Source of the DNA: Setoptus koraiensis | Lineage: Eukaryota > Animalia > Arthropoda | DNA length: 64,000 nt | Direction: 5' to 3' | Assembly: GCA_048013815.1 (NCBI GenBank) | Contig: CM106586.1 | Location: 3,782,001-3,846,000 of the forward strand | Part shown: piece after piece, positions 12,960 through 24,845 of the stretch | Layout: each line of letters opens with the position of its first letter | How positions within the stretch are numbered: the first letter of the stretch is position 1 | Program-made: the position numbers and the translations under genes | The notes under the pieces: model-generated | The model's input: the letters and a program-made list of their open reading frames with translations, nothing else | The model's database searches: none | Told to the model about the DNA's origin: nothing

Positions 12960-15900
12960 GGACCTATTAAAAAAAGGGCTCATAATATTCATGCCGAATA
13001 CAGGTTGCTCGCCCGGCTGAGCCATGATAAATTTGTTGCTAGCAACAGTTGCGGCGCGTCCGACTGGCCACTGGACATTATGACACTATTATCAGCTATT
13101 ATTTCTGTCACGATGGTGGTGGTCCACTATACAAGATTATGGCGACAAATGTTTGCGACCAAAACGATGATGATTCACAATTCAATTATCAAGATGAAAC
13201 AAATATTCATTGAGAAGAAAGAATGAGTATGTTTGGCGGCAGAAACATCATCATCATCATCAGCAGCAGCATGTCTATAGTTAGCTATCGACTGGTAATA
13301 GCAATGATTATTATTAGTTAGGTGTGTGCGCTAACTATGTTTCAAATCAATTGAATTATTTTATTTTAATTTATCTTTAAAATCTGTATATGAGTTCTCT
13401 CAGATTGAACCTGTAGATAGATGGAAAGACACATAGGTAATGTCGATAGGCAATGACTGTGTTCATGCGTGTGGTAGCCGGCCGGAGATCTTGATTATAA
13501 TTGAACATGCACCGACACCAGCATCACAGAATAAATGAATGAATGAATGAATAAATTGCAACTGTTGGCTCCAGTTAAAAGTAGTCAATATCATCATTAC
13601 ATTACAACATTATCTTTTTTCTTCGATCAAGGCTCGATAACAACGATAATTCATTAATACTATATTTGCAGTGTTTTTCTCTCTGCCTGAATAACTAGAT
13701 TCATTTTCATTGATCATTTATTTACAGTTTTCAGTGTACAGCTTTTAGACCATCCGGACACACTATAGGGTCTAAGTAACTAGCCTACTTGGAATTAACT
13801 AAATTTTCCTTTTTTCCCTTCCGTTGCTTGGTGCATTCTTTGTTTCAGTGGGCTCTCGACCAGCCTCAAGATTCGTAGATTTTGGCAAATGCCAACAACG
13901 TTGGCTCATTACACTGTCTATATATCGTGTGTAAAATTTCGAATCACACAAACGCTTTGACAGGTTGAGATGATCACCTACTCAGAGTTGTCATATTTGA
14001 TATTTAATATTTAATGCAATTCAATTCAAATCAATTGAATTGAGCCGAGTCATTTCACCACCAACCCGAAGCCTTATCATTCTCTTTCTATCTCATCTCA
14101 CATTTCTTTTTGCCCTCCACTTTGCTTACTTTGCCAATGATTGTGTGCTCGATAACCCTCTGTCTGCCTCTTTGAAACTCTTAATATCATTAGTCCCTAA
14201 GTTGATTCAAAGATGACGAAAAGTATCTTTTTCCCATCATTCTAATACTCGTTCTATGTGTGTTCGCTGCTGGTGATGCTTGGAATTTCATTGAAATTGT
14301 GAGTATACAGTCAGGCAAGCAGATATATTGGGAGATAGGTGTGACAATCTCAAACAGACATCAGGCACTGAATATTTTTCACTCACTCCATATACTCATT
14401 TCAGTAAGTAGTTGCTTCTTTCAAACTATAGGGAATTCGCTTGATCTATTTTAATGGCGATTCTCTTTCCCTTTCTTGCCCTTTTGAAATGCCAGATCAA
14501 CGAGATAGTGTCAAAGAAAAAGAGAAGAACGACAAAAACTCAACTGAAACTGCTTGGTTGACATGACTCTCAAATGAGTCGGACAGTTTTCAATTCATCT
14601 CGGCTAGCTGTTTGACAACAACAGACAGTAACTGGCGAAGAATTATTCATAGTGCACCCTTAACTTTAGTAGCAATCTTGTTCTTTTTTATAATGTTATA
14701 GTGTCTGTAAGTGGATGATAATTCAAAAAGATGCCTTAAAACAGAGAGCTACGTCCTGATAACTATCTTGCACTTTACCTGGATTTGCTTTCTGATACGC
14801 ATTCCTATCGATACTATTTACCACACAGTTGTAAATAGCTTGTTGATATCCTCTAATTGACTGCTTTTAATTGAAGCCACAAGGCATGTCGTGCACTGAT
14901 CAAAATGATTGTGTGATTCTTCATCTAACCAACATACAAACAACACAGAAAGTGTCAAGATTTTTTGATCGTAGTGCTGGATCTGTAAAAAATACCAATC
15001 AACTGTCGTTAGGAACTGAATTAGGCAGAAAAAAAAATAAGACTAGTTAGCGTTGTTCGTTTGCATGTCTAAATAGAGACACACAGACAATATTGGAAAG
15101 ATGGGAGGAAAGATTTAGCCGTAATGCAGTAGTACTATATCGACTGCTACTGCTGCAACTACTGTACTCATTTGCATGTTAATCATCTTGATTATAAAGC
15201 ACATTATGTAAGTGAGACACAAGAGAACGATCGCTACCACTAATAATATCAGTTGTGGTGGTGGTAGTAGAGAGAAGAAGCAACTTAACAGACCATTACC
15301 AGAGTACCATGACGGTTAGATTGCTCTCCATGTTAAAAGTCCATTAATACATATTCTTGACTTTACCATTACTATTTCTAATAAGTCTGTCTCTAGTATA
15401 TTAGTAACGAGTATGCATTAGACATCTCGTCTCATGATACAATCATCATCATCATCATCATACCAATCTAATGAGAACAGTAGCCTTAACACTATAGCTT
15501 TAGTAATTGAATAAGAATTTGCCAACCACTAATTAGCCATTAGAAAAACGTGGACGCTGTTAGTAATCACGATTTGAAAAATTGTAGTTTCTTTTGCTTG
15601 TAGTGGTGGTTGTGGTTGAGTTGGAAAATTCATTTGTCAAGATGGCGATGCGTTCGCTCGTTCGTTATATTTGATTGGTATCCTGATTGATGCTTGAGTT
15701 TTTTCTAACTTTTCTAACTTTTCAGTTTGTTACTCTGAATTAGGCATTATATGGCCTGTCGGCAAGCGTTACTGCTCTATCAACAAGTTGTTGATGACCT
15801 GCTCTGAAAAGCATGATTAGACATGATAATAATAATTGAGCTAGCTCAACAACAACCAACACAACCACACTGCCAACAACAACAACAACAACAACTATTG

Positions 15901-17427
15901 TATATTATTGGTTGGGCTGTAACAGAAATTTTAAGTTTATCGTGCATGTTCACTGCTAGCCAACCAGATCACTCACCTGATCGGCCGTAGGAATCGCTCG
16001 GTTGCACAACCACAACAAATGGCCAACAAATAAATGGGGTCATTACACACAGACAAGCTGACCCAAGTTGAGAGTTGAACGAGTGCCAACCAGTCATCAC
16101 TCGCCATGGACGAGCAAACAACTGCCGACTGACGTGTCTTGACGTGTTTGCATGGTAATGCGAATAAATATCTCAGATCGATGCCAACAACTGCGCAAAA
16201 AAAAAGACAATTTTGTCTTCGTGTCTTGGTAATTTGAGCAGTCATAATTACCATTGGTGGCAAGGTGGACAAACATACACACACATTATATAGATCGTCC
16301 TATTTAGCCAGCGAGTTGTAGTGTGGGCGACACTTCTGGGGCTTGTCGGAACTACCACCACTACTAGCAGTGTCATTGTGTAATCAACAAGCTATTCGTT
16401 GATTACACAAGCAGCCTCTTGTTGTCTGCTGGCAATTAATTAACTATACAAACGAGCAATTCGAATCAACTTTGCCAATATAAGCAACCATTCAAATTAT
16501 TGGATCGTCCGAAATTGGGGTCTGTTTTGGGGAGAATTTCTTCAGCCTATAAAACAGGGGAGCAGTAGAATGCATTCTGTCGGATGAGTTTTTCGACACA
16601 TTGTCGCTTGTCTAAGGGCAGACAATTGGTAGGTATAGATTTGCATTGTATGATGCTCATTGATCACTGTAGAAATGGCCTGTCTTTGTTATTGAGAGCG
16701 ATTGTGTTTCGTCGGGGTGTTAATTGTGTGTAGATTCACACATCAAGTGTTGACATCATTATTATTTGGTGCTGACAAAACCGTAAAATGGCACATGTAT
16801 AACAAGCTCTCACAGCATCTCCGACCGCACTGTTGATTGGCGCATTCGAACACAAAAAGAAGCCAAAGAATATAAAGTGTTTAATCGAAGCGTGACATCA
16901 TTCTTTTCATGCCATGTCCATGCAACCATCCATTTGTTTATGTTCTTTTCTTTTTTTCAGTTCGCAGCTATTTGTACACTATAGCGGCTTAATTGTTGCT
17001 TGTGCGCATGCGCGCAAAATTCAAATCAACCAATTCTTTTAGAGCCGCAGTGGGCGGCCCAAATCCAACTAAATATAATCACTCCAGTCTATATTCTCTC
17101 AGACTATCAATGCTCAAGTACTAAATCAAGTGCTCACTCTCTCTATCTCATTGGTCTCTTAGTTTCGAAGCTGCTCGATCTTGTTTATTTGCTGAGAGTA
17201 ATCTCTCTGAGTGAAGTGCTGACGACATCAACGACCGGACACATTCATGTTCCTATAATCAACAAGCCAGTCAATACTCAAATCTCCTTTGTCTGAGTCT
17301 CTACAGTAACCAGAAGCAATAAAAAGCTGCAGTTCGACAAGTAAAATGAACAAAGTGTCTCGTTCCTAGTGAAGCCGAAACTATCAATCCACGACAACAT
17401 TACGAATAAAGTCATTTCGAGGCACAA

Positions 17428-19540
17428 ATGGACAGACTAAATAGTGTCGAGATGTCAGCAAAAGGCGAACAAGTTCAAGACAAAACAAAAAGAGAATCAT
17501 CTGGCCAGAGGACAAAAGACAAGAGCGGCCAAGATAGCTCAAGTGATCAAATACAAACAACAAGAATCACAACTGTTAATAGAGAAAAATCCTCACTAGC
17601 TTCTAATTATGACAGACACAAACAATCGCAAGCTATCAATGAGAACAATACCAGCACCATGTCAACTGTCTCACCATTTGCTATTGCACAATTGCTGAAA
17701 GATTGTATATCATCGAACGATAGTTTCAAAAATAGCAAATCAATGTCTGGCCCACAAACAAATGACATGAATGTGTCGGCAGCACCAGCGGCTCGTCACC
17801 ATCAGCAGTTACATTCGAATCAATTGTCGCAGCAGCAAATCAACGCCAGATCATCTTCCGATCATTCGACACAATCAAAGACAAATGCAAATCCTAACCT
17901 ATATTGTCAGCAGCAGCCCATCAAGACGGCACCGACAGATATAGGTTTGCGTCAAACTGCATTCAATGCAATATTCGACAAAACGAAAATTGCAACCTCT
18001 ATACCTCAGCAACATCAACAGTTATTATCCAACTCGCACCATCTTCAGCAACAATATTTTCAACAATTGATGGTGGCCGCGGCTGCTGCAGCAGGATTAG
18101 ACAAATACAACAATGCTAATGTTGGTAGCAACAGCAGTAATGGTGTTGCCCTTGTCAACAACGAAACAAACACCAACAGTAACAATATAAGCTACAACAA
18201 TGATTTATGCAATAAATATTCAAGTTCGTCGCAACCTTTTTCACACTCACTGGACCCGTATCACCAATGTCAAACCAATAATTGCCCACAAGATCATTGG
18301 CATATGGCAATGCGAAAAATAAATTGTATTGGCTCATCTTCCTACGATGACATAAGTCATCGTCAACTAGATAAACTGCATGATGAGCAATTTGGAAGCA
18401 ACGGAAGGACTATTCAGCAATTTGGAAGTAGTCTACACAACATACAATATAATCATCACCCTAATCAATCTACTTTAGCGTCGTCGACAATCAATAACAG
18501 TAACCCGATGAACAGCAATCACGACAAAAATCACGATGATGGTTATAGGCCGTTAGCTAACTCATCAGTGAACAGTGATCCTACTCATCACAATTTACAG
18601 CTCGATGGACGAAATTTAGAGAGTGGTTGCAAGAAAAGAGAATCAACTGTGCCAACTGTGATAGATCAAAACGCTACTTATGCCTCCTCTCAATGTTTCA
18701 AACAAAACATTTTATCACTAGACAAGGAAGATGTGTGTGAGTCCTCTCGAACCGGAGACAATTTTGAACAAAACCTTCGAGATTCGCTGGATTTAGAGGA
18801 TAGTCGGGCGGAATTTAACGCTGAAATAGATGTTATTGTAGATGTAGTCGATGATATAGCTGATGGTCGAGACAATAATTCCTCGAGACAAAAGGGTGCA
18901 ACTCATCACCAAGAAGAAGAGAAAATATCGGAAAATGAGGATAGCGACTCATTAAGTGGTGTCTCCGCAGATGACGAGTCTATCGACAATGAAAATGAAC
19001 ATGTAAGGAATCTCCATCACCATAACAATAGTAATCATGTCAATCGGCATATCAATCAACAAGGATTTAGTCAGCAGATGATAGCAGATATTGCTAGACA
19101 TTCAGCGAATGCCCACCAACATCGTAAAAAGCGTTCCAGAGCAGCCTTCTCTCATGTTCAAGTTTACGAATTGGAAAGAAGATTCACCCATCAAAGATAC
19201 CTTAGCGGCCAAGAAAGGTCAGATTTGGCAAAAAGACTCAAGTTGACCGAGACACAAGTAAAGATATGGTTTCAGGTGAGTACTATGATGACTAAAATAT
19301 GTAAGATGTCCATTCACAACTTTGGGCGATTTGAGAACTAATCTCTCTTTGATTTGTTTCAAAAATGTATTTGCATCAAATAATCTAAATCTATAGAATC
19401 GTCGTTACAAGGCAAAGAGAAAATTATTGCAGCAAAACTTCCTTTTGACAAGTCATCATCATCATCACCCGGGTCAAGCCTATCATCCGCCTTCATGCTC
19501 AGATCAATTGTCAGGAATAAATTACCAGTTTGGATATTAG
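17428..19540 (+). CDS. bap: NK3-class homeobox protein bagpipe/NKX3-2; exons 17428-19275 and 19397-19540, about 663 aa
   Basis: Homeodomain [51 protein letters not shown]|NRRYKAKRK has NK-type Tyr54. GTGAGT donor at 19276 and CTATAG acceptor ending 19396. An eh1/TN-like SPFAIAQLL lies near 17671. Confidence 0.92.
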
Positions 19541-19585
19541 AAGGTCAAATCATAGGATTATCATTATTTCTTTGAAAAGATTAAT

Positions 19586-19617
<32 letters not shown>
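19586..19617. repeat. (TA)n microsatellite between the convergent bap and TRMT10 stop codons
   Basis: Direct inspection of the sequence. Confidence 0.85.
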
Positions 19618-19635
19618 GTATAAATATAAGGATAA

Positions 19636-20559
19636 TCAATCCTGTAAATTAACGCACTCCGCTTTATTAGGAGCCTGTTTGCGTTTGGGTATAGCCTGCC
19701 TGAGAGCTTCTTCCCAGGTTATACCTGGTGTCCCGGTGATTAGTAACAATATCTCAAATACAGCAAAGGTGGACAGTATATGACGCTGAATCAGCTTAAC
19801 ATGGGAATCAATTGGAAGCCTGGCAGTTTTAACGCCGGATTCTATTGCACGCTTATGACATAAGCCCTTGTGTCTATTATGATCAACTAAACCACCAATA
19901 ACGAATACATTTGTACCACCGTGGATAATATCATCTATTTCAGGCAATGTGTTCTCAGAATCACCTGACATGTAGACAATGTGATCACAGCTATTAGTAA
20001 TGTTATGAGGTCCGTTGTTTCCTTTCAATTCATCGCTCTTATTTGAAAATAAATTTAGATAGCTATCGGCGCATTTGTGAATGTCCCAGTTTATATAACC
20101 AGGTTGGCTTTTATCCATATGCTCTTTTATCTTTCCATGTAATGATGTGAGATATAGCTGGCAAGGCTGTTCAAATTTTCTGTTTGTCGCATAGATTCTT
20201 CCGATTTGTTTTACTAATTTGTTCATCTCGGCGTCTTCCATGAATTCGTTGAAGTCTAAATCTATCACAATGGTGAATTTATTTTTTGAGTCTTTCATCA
20301 AAGTGTTTCGTTTAGCTAAGCATGGGATTTCAGTGACACCACAATCGTTCTGCTTGCTAGCAGCTCTTTTCGCCTTCTTCTTTAGTCTCTCAAGACGTCT
20401 TCGCTCGGGCAATTGGGCCAGCCATTCCTGTCGTTTCCTCAGTTTTTTAGCCTGGGTTTTAGATATAGTTGGACATGGAACATCTTCCTCACCCTGTACA
20501 CCGTTTTCCTTGGGAGTCTGCGACTGGTATGCCTCAGCCTCTGGATAAATAGAATTCAT
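19636..20559 (-). CDS. TRMT10A: tRNA m1G9 methyltransferase TRMT10 (TRM10A-like), intronless, about 307 aa from first ATG
   Basis: SKTQAKKLRKRQEW, IVIDLDFNEFM, YATNRK, VYMSGDSENTL, FVIGGLVDHNRHKGLC, TARLPI and WEEALRQAIPKRK. The ORF-track start at 20592 is TTG and the first ATG is 20559. Confidence 0.92.
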   Translation of the reverse strand: MNSIYPEAEAYQSQTPKENGVQGEEDVPCPTISKTQAKKLRKRQEWLAQLPERRRLERLKKKAKRAASKQNDCGVTEIPCLAKRNTLMKDSKNKFTIVIDLDFNEFMEDAEMNKLVKQIGRIYATNRKFEQPCQLYLTSLHGKIKEHMDKSQPGYINWDIHKCADSYLNLFSNKSDELKGNNGPHNITNSCDHIVYMSGDSENTLPEIDDIIHGGTNVFVIGGLVDHNRHKGLCHKRAIESGVKTARLPIDSHVKLIQRHILSTFAVFEILLLITGTPGITWEEALRQAIPKRKQAPNKAECVNLQD

Positions 20560-20985
20560 GTCTAGCTGGAAATATATGTTCTTGAAACCCAAATGGGAAT
20601 TCAGATTTCTTAAATCACATGTTCATCACGCTGATTGTTTGATGTGGCAGATGCAATTTTATTTTCTCGTGTGACGCTTTACGCGTGGTGAAATTGTTGA
20701 ACTGCTGGAAAATTGTTCACGAGTGAATGTGAACTGTAAACATCTGTGCATTCCGTTACAGAGGAATCATATTCCCAGTGTGAATATTCGTGCCGGGAGA
20801 TTCATCCATGAATAAATTTCTCCTCGTGCACATGCTCAAGTATTTCATGCAGTACGTGTATAAATAACCGCGAACGAGTCTACAATATTGAATATTTATG
20901 ATTGGTTATAGATATTACTAATAATTGTGAGTAAGTTTATTTCATCCGATCATTACAACCATAACACAATTTATCAGAATACATC
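20560..20985. promoter_or_regulatory. Probable bidirectional promoter for TRMT10 and RFC2
   Basis: Divergent start codons are about 430 bp apart. Confidence 0.55.
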
Positions 20986-22039
20986 ATGGCGTGGTAAGTA
21001 TTCTAACCTTCAACATTTGCGTCGTTTTTGGAACTGAGCCTCATCCTGACATCACACAATATTTTGATTATCCTCTTTTCGCAGGGTTGAACGTTTCAGA
21101 CCCAAAGAATTCAAGGATATCGTCGGTAATGAGGAGGCGGTCTCCCGTTTGGAGGTATTCTCCAAAGAGGGAAATATGCCAAATATAATTCTTAGTGGAC
21201 CACCTGGATGCGGAAAGACTACAACCATTTTATGTTTGGCTAGAAAGATACTTGGTCCTAGCGTGAAGCAGGCTGTTTTAGAATTGAATGCTAGTAATGA
21301 TCGTGGCATTGATGTGGTCAGGAACAAGATAAAAATATTTGCCCAAACCAAAGTGACACTGGAACCTGGCAAACAGAAACTTATAATATTAGATGAGGCC
21401 GATTCCATGACGGAATCTGCACAACAGGCTCTAAGAAGGATCATAGAGCTGTACTCGAAAACAACTAGATTTGCTTTTGCTTGTAACAACTTTGACAAGA
21501 TGATAGAGCCCATTCAATCTAGGTGTGCTGTTGTGAAATTCACCAGATTGAATGACAATCAAATTCGAGGAAAATTGATTGATATTTGTAGGGAACTCAA
21601 TGTAAAGTATAACAATGAAGGAATAGATGCCATTATATTTACGTCCCAGGGTGACATGAGACAGGCTATCAATAACCTTCAATCTACTCATGACGGATTT
21701 GAAGAGATAACCAGCGAAAATGTGTTCAAAGTTTGCGATGAACCACCCCCAATAATGATTCAAGAAATGATCAGGCATTGTATCAAAAGAGATTTCGTTC
21801 AGGCTGAGGAGCATATGAGTCATCTGTTCAAACTCGGTTACTCTACAGAGGATCTAATCTCGAGTATCTTCAGAGTTATCAAGTCTTATGAGATGCCAGA
21901 ATATCTTAAGTTGGAATATCTGAAACAAGTGGGTATTATACATTTGAGAATAGTCCAGGGTGTTGGTACCTTGTTACAGATGACTGCATTGTTGGCCCAT
22001 TTCTGCAGTAAGAGTGAGGAATTCCAGACAGCCAAGTGA
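20986..22039 (+). CDS. RFC2: Replication factor C small subunit (human RFC2 / yeast Rfc4 type); exons 20986-20993 and 21085-22039, 320 aa
   Basis: ATG GCG TG|gtaagt ... tttcgcag|G GTT GAA gives [12 protein letters not shown]. Also [42 protein letters not shown] and [15 protein letters not shown]. Confidence 0.95.
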
Positions 22040-22342
22040 TCAGTTTTACGCTTTTTGTATTAATTTTTTTTACAATAAATCTTTGATTCATAGGTGGCCA
22101 CTTTATTACTGATTCTTATTAAGTCCTTATAGTACTTTCAAACAGGTACTTGATTTATGATCTTGCACTTTTGCGTACATATGAGTACATATATATATAA
22201 AATTTATTATTTTTCTATATATATATACATTAATGTGTAGGGTGAATTATATCGTATCTATTATTAATTAATTAATTGTATGTTTTAATAAATCTTGAGT
22301 GAAATGTATTGTTTGAATTCATGATAGATAAAACGTTCATCA

Positions 22343-22993
22343 TCATGATTTACATTTCACACAACGCCCGCTTGATTGCTGTTGGTCATCATTTGTAAGA
22401 TGAACTCCCCTTTGTCCGCCGGATTGGTTTGAGGATGAATTTTGGTCGCCCTTTGGTAGTCTGTTGGCGATGGCTAAGAATATCTCGCTAACATTCATAG
22501 CTGTTTTAGCTGATGTTTCCATGAATAACAATGCATTTTCCATGGCGTAATTTTCAGCTTCAGCTACATCAACAACTCGCTTATTCGTTAAATCTGTTTT
22601 ATTACCCGCTAGTGCTATCACTATATTTGGGCTTGCTTGACGTTGTAACTCTAAAACCCATGTTTTAGCACGATTAAAACTGTCTCGGTTGGTTAAATCA
22701 TAAACAACAATTGCGGCTTGTGCACCGCGATAATACATAGGCGCTAGCGAGTGATATCTTTCTTGTCCTGCTGTATCCCAGATCTCAAATTTAACAGCGG
22801 TATCATCTAAACAAACTGTTTGTGTCAGGAATGCTGCTCCAATTGTGGACTCCTGGTATTCATGGAATTGACCCTTAACAAATCTTAGTACCAGGCTAGA
22901 TTTTCCAACTGCTGATTCACCCAATAGTACCAATTTGAATTGACATATTTTCTTTTGTGCACCGTTAGGCCGGCTAACAACACGGTTGGCCAT
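22343..22993 (-). CDS. RAB5: Rab5 GTPase, intronless CDS
   Basis: [62 protein letters not shown] and ETSAKT. Confidence 0.98.
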   Translation of the reverse strand: MANRVVSRPNGAQKKICQFKLVLLGESAVGKSSLVLRFVKGQFHEYQESTIGAAFLTQTVCLDDTAVKFEIWDTAGQERYHSLAPMYYRGAQAAIVVYDLTNRDSFNRAKTWVLELQRQASPNIVIALAGNKTDLTNKRVVDVAEAENYAMENALLFMETSAKTAMNVSEIFLAIANRLPKGDQNSSSNQSGGQRGVHLTNDDQQQSSGRCVKCKS

Positions 22994-24002
22994 ACTTGTC
23001 TACTCTATATATGGATAATTGTGTGAGTTGCTTGATTATCTAATAGCGATACTAGTGGTAATAATAATATGGGTATCAATGATAATAGGTTTGCAGTAGC
23101 TGTTGATATGTGAATAATGGTGATAGTAATAATAGCAGCAATAATAATAAGTAATAAAAATAATAATAAGTGTGATGATAATAACAATGAGTGATGCTAG
23201 AAGCTAGTAGCGATGGCTAACTCACATCTCTCAAAATGTTTATCAATAGTGAGGCGTTATTGATTTGACACTCTCATCTTATAGGGTGTCTAGAGCAAGC
23301 GGTCCATGTACAAAAGCACCTGCGCGGCACATTAGCACAGAATACGAATTGCGCGTACAAAAGTGCAATTTTGTGCCGATGCACGGTGAGCATGCAAAAT
23401 AAACTCTTGGCGAGTGAAAACAGAGCCAAACTCGAACGCAAGCGACTTTGAAATTCGCGGGGGCCCGATTTGTACTGCAAGCGTACTGTGTGCTGATGCA
23501 CACTCTGTGCTTGCGTAGATTCCACAGCGCATTTAGGAAAATGCGCTGTGGAAGGCAGCGTAGCGTAAACTGTAGAGAATATCAGCCAGTTTATTACCAT
23601 TTAATTGTGAACACTCTGTATAGATTGTATACTAAAAATGTTAGGTTAAATCACAACACAGAGACAAGGGGAAGCTTACGCAGCGCTTGCATAGAGACAC
23701 ACACAAACAGTCGCACTCGTACAAATACTGCGCAGATCGAATTCACTCATTCTGGTGGTGCCCGCCGTCACCGCTGGGCCGAGTCCGAAAGTACATTATG
23801 TTGCAAAAATCATGGTCAGATTACATGTTGTAGTGGTGTGTTTGTGTGTGTGCTTGTGTGTATGTGTGTGTGTGGGCATGTGTGTGTGTATAATCCTAAG
23901 TTTTTATGCGTGAGCATCCATCAAGATCATTTATTCGCGATCAGATTGTTTTTATTTTATATTTGCACATAACTCAAAAGCACTTTGACACCCTAGATGT
24001 TT

Positions 24003-24446
24003 TTATCTGTCGCGGTCAGGTAGACGCTCCAAAAATGCATCGTCACGGGGTCTATGGGCGAAGTATTCACTGTGTGGCACTGGTGGCAGTGAATTGGGGG
24101 GTAATGTCACATAGAGCTTGTCGCCATAGTAAGTTCCGACTTTCCAATTTGGATTGTCCTTCATCAACTCCCGCTCGGCCTCTCTATTCAGTCTCAACTG
24201 TCTGAGAAATTTTCTCTCTCGTTCGGCAAGAAGAAATGGCTCTACGGCAACATAATTTTCCAACAATTCAGACTTGAAAATTGCCCTCCTTTTGCATTCA
24301 TAGGCAAAGTGTCTGGTGCCCCAATAGGTCCACACTCCCATGATTCCTATCCAGACACATGGTGCAATTAGTCCCTTGACGTATGTCCTTGCTGTTGCAA
24401 CAGTGCCAAATCCGCCTGGGGGCGGCATGTCCTGATGTGCGGCCAT
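24003..24446 (-). CDS. NDUFA13: NADH dehydrogenase 1 alpha subcomplex subunit 13 (GRIM-19), intronless
   Basis: QDMPPPGGFG, a single TM segment, PFLLAERERKFLRQLRLNREAERELMKDNPNWKVG. Confidence 0.93.
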   Translation of the reverse strand: MAAHQDMPPPGGFGTVATARTYVKGLIAPCVWIGIMGVWTYWGTRHFAYECKRRAIFKSELLENYVAVEPFLLAERERKFLRQLRLNREAERELMKDNPNWKVGTYYGDKLYVTLPPNSLPPVPHSEYFAHRPRDDAFLERLPDRDR

Positions 24447-24845
24447 TTAAAATAATAATAATAACAAAAAATACAAGATTCTGTTCGAACCTCGAAGAAT
24501 AAATTGTAATATTGATTTTTGTTTTATATGAACACAAAACAATTCAGAGGTGATGGCCGCCGTAAAATGATCTGACTGCTATGTGCCGACATCTGCACAA
24601 TCGCATGTGGGCACAAAGGTTAGAGACTTAAATCTGGCGCTCAATTCTGCGCATCGGGGGCAGGCAAAAGTTTTTCCCATTGTTCTAATGTTGATTCACG
24701 CAACTGTGTGGAGATCGTCTCATAGCAGATATTTCATTTCACAGTGGCCATCACCTCTGAATAGTTTTGTATTCGTATAAAACAAAAATCATTATTACAA
24801 TTTATTTTTCGAACAGAACTGTGTATTTTTTGGGAAATTGTCACA

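Noticed and set aside
23274-23972. Overlapping 66-174 aa ORFs upstream of Rab5
   Set aside because: Mostly non-ATG starts, GT-repeat content and no recognisable motif. The length is explicable by local composition.
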